A stretch of DNA of 21,468 nucleotides from Azolla caroliniana. Lineage: Eukaryota > Plantae > Polypodiophyta. The stretch is taken from NCBI GenBank assembly GCA_043228905.1, contig JBHGNT010000530.1, forward strand, positions 1 to 21,468, read 5' to 3'. The translations under genes were made by a program, and so were the position numbers. The notes under the pieces were generated by a model that saw nothing but the letters and a program-made list of their open reading frames with translations, was not told the origin of the DNA and did no database searches. The number at the start of each line of letters is the position of its first letter. Position 1 is the stretch's first letter. Below, piece by piece: positions 20,920 to 21,468 of the stretch.

Positions 20920-21148
20920 GCATGCAACTAAACACAAGGCCATGCAACTAAAAGTAAAAGGCATGCAACTAAAAATGGAAGCATGCAACTAAAAGTAAAG
21001 GCATGCAACTAAAAATGGAAGCATGCAACTAAAAGTAAAGGCATGCAACTAAAAATGGAAGCATGCAACTAAAAGTAAAGGCATGCAACTAAAAATGGAA
21101 GCATGCAACTAAAAGTAGAGGCAATGCAACTAAAAGTGGACATGCAAA
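20920..21148 (+). repeat. 20-bp minisatellite (~11 units) alternating GCATGCAACTAAAAATGGAA / GCATGCAACTAAAAGTAAAG (40-bp dimer)
   Basis: Exact alternation across 20961-21100. Confidence 0.95.
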
Positions 21149-21468
21149 GTAACTTTGGGAACGGGGGATCAACAAGGAGCTCGATATATGTCCCATTTTT
21201 TTTCCTCTAGTTATTTTTTTGTTTCCTTCCTTCTTCCCTCTCGAATTCGAGAAACAAATTATCTCACATATTGATATCAAACTCCTAGCTTTGTTTACTG
21301 GATCTTTCTTGTCAAAACATTATCTCTCGTATTCATATCGGACCACTCCTTGCATGGTTGTTGGCTTCTTTCTTTGAAAAATTAATCTCTCATTGCCATA
21401 CCCAACCCATTGTAACACGATTCTGAAATTATAAAGAATCGATTTTCTTTTGCAATAAACTAATGATT

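Noticed and set aside
20605-20951. Three overlapping ORFs in the CG-rich tract
   Set aside because: Low-complexity sequence that lacks stops for compositional reasons
20920-21148. CRISPR-like repeat-spacer look
   Set aside because: Spacers are only ~6 bp and alternate between two sequences; eukaryotic context; no cas genes

Overview
Land-plant nuclear DNA, probably a seed-free plant (inferred from the Tcn1-like chromovirus and the transposase type). One intact host gene lies at the left: a 5-exon, 387-aa two-domain DJ-1/PfpI gene (DJ1D/YLS5-like glyoxalase III), 62..2538, + strand. Most of the sequence from ~3.6 kb onward is decayed, nested transposon DNA. (i) Two inverted copies of a large DNA transposon with a DDD-type transposase (DFAENY / WSD..QFK / GHGKG..DG motifs). 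Copy A also carries convergent, spliced accessory pseudogenes that the ORF track misses: an FCP1/NIF (HAD) phosphatase-like domain lacking the canonical catalytic aspartates, and a protein ending in a RING-H2-like finger. Long arrays of the palindrome AGCTAATTAGCT sit in what look like introns of these genes. (ii) A Ty3/Gypsy gag-pol cassette with no direct LTR pair, bounded instead by a 23-bp TGT..ACA terminal inverted repeat. (iii) LTR-like fragments containing tRNA-like A/B boxes, and several minisatellites. All calls are by eye from motifs and manual translation; no database searches were run.
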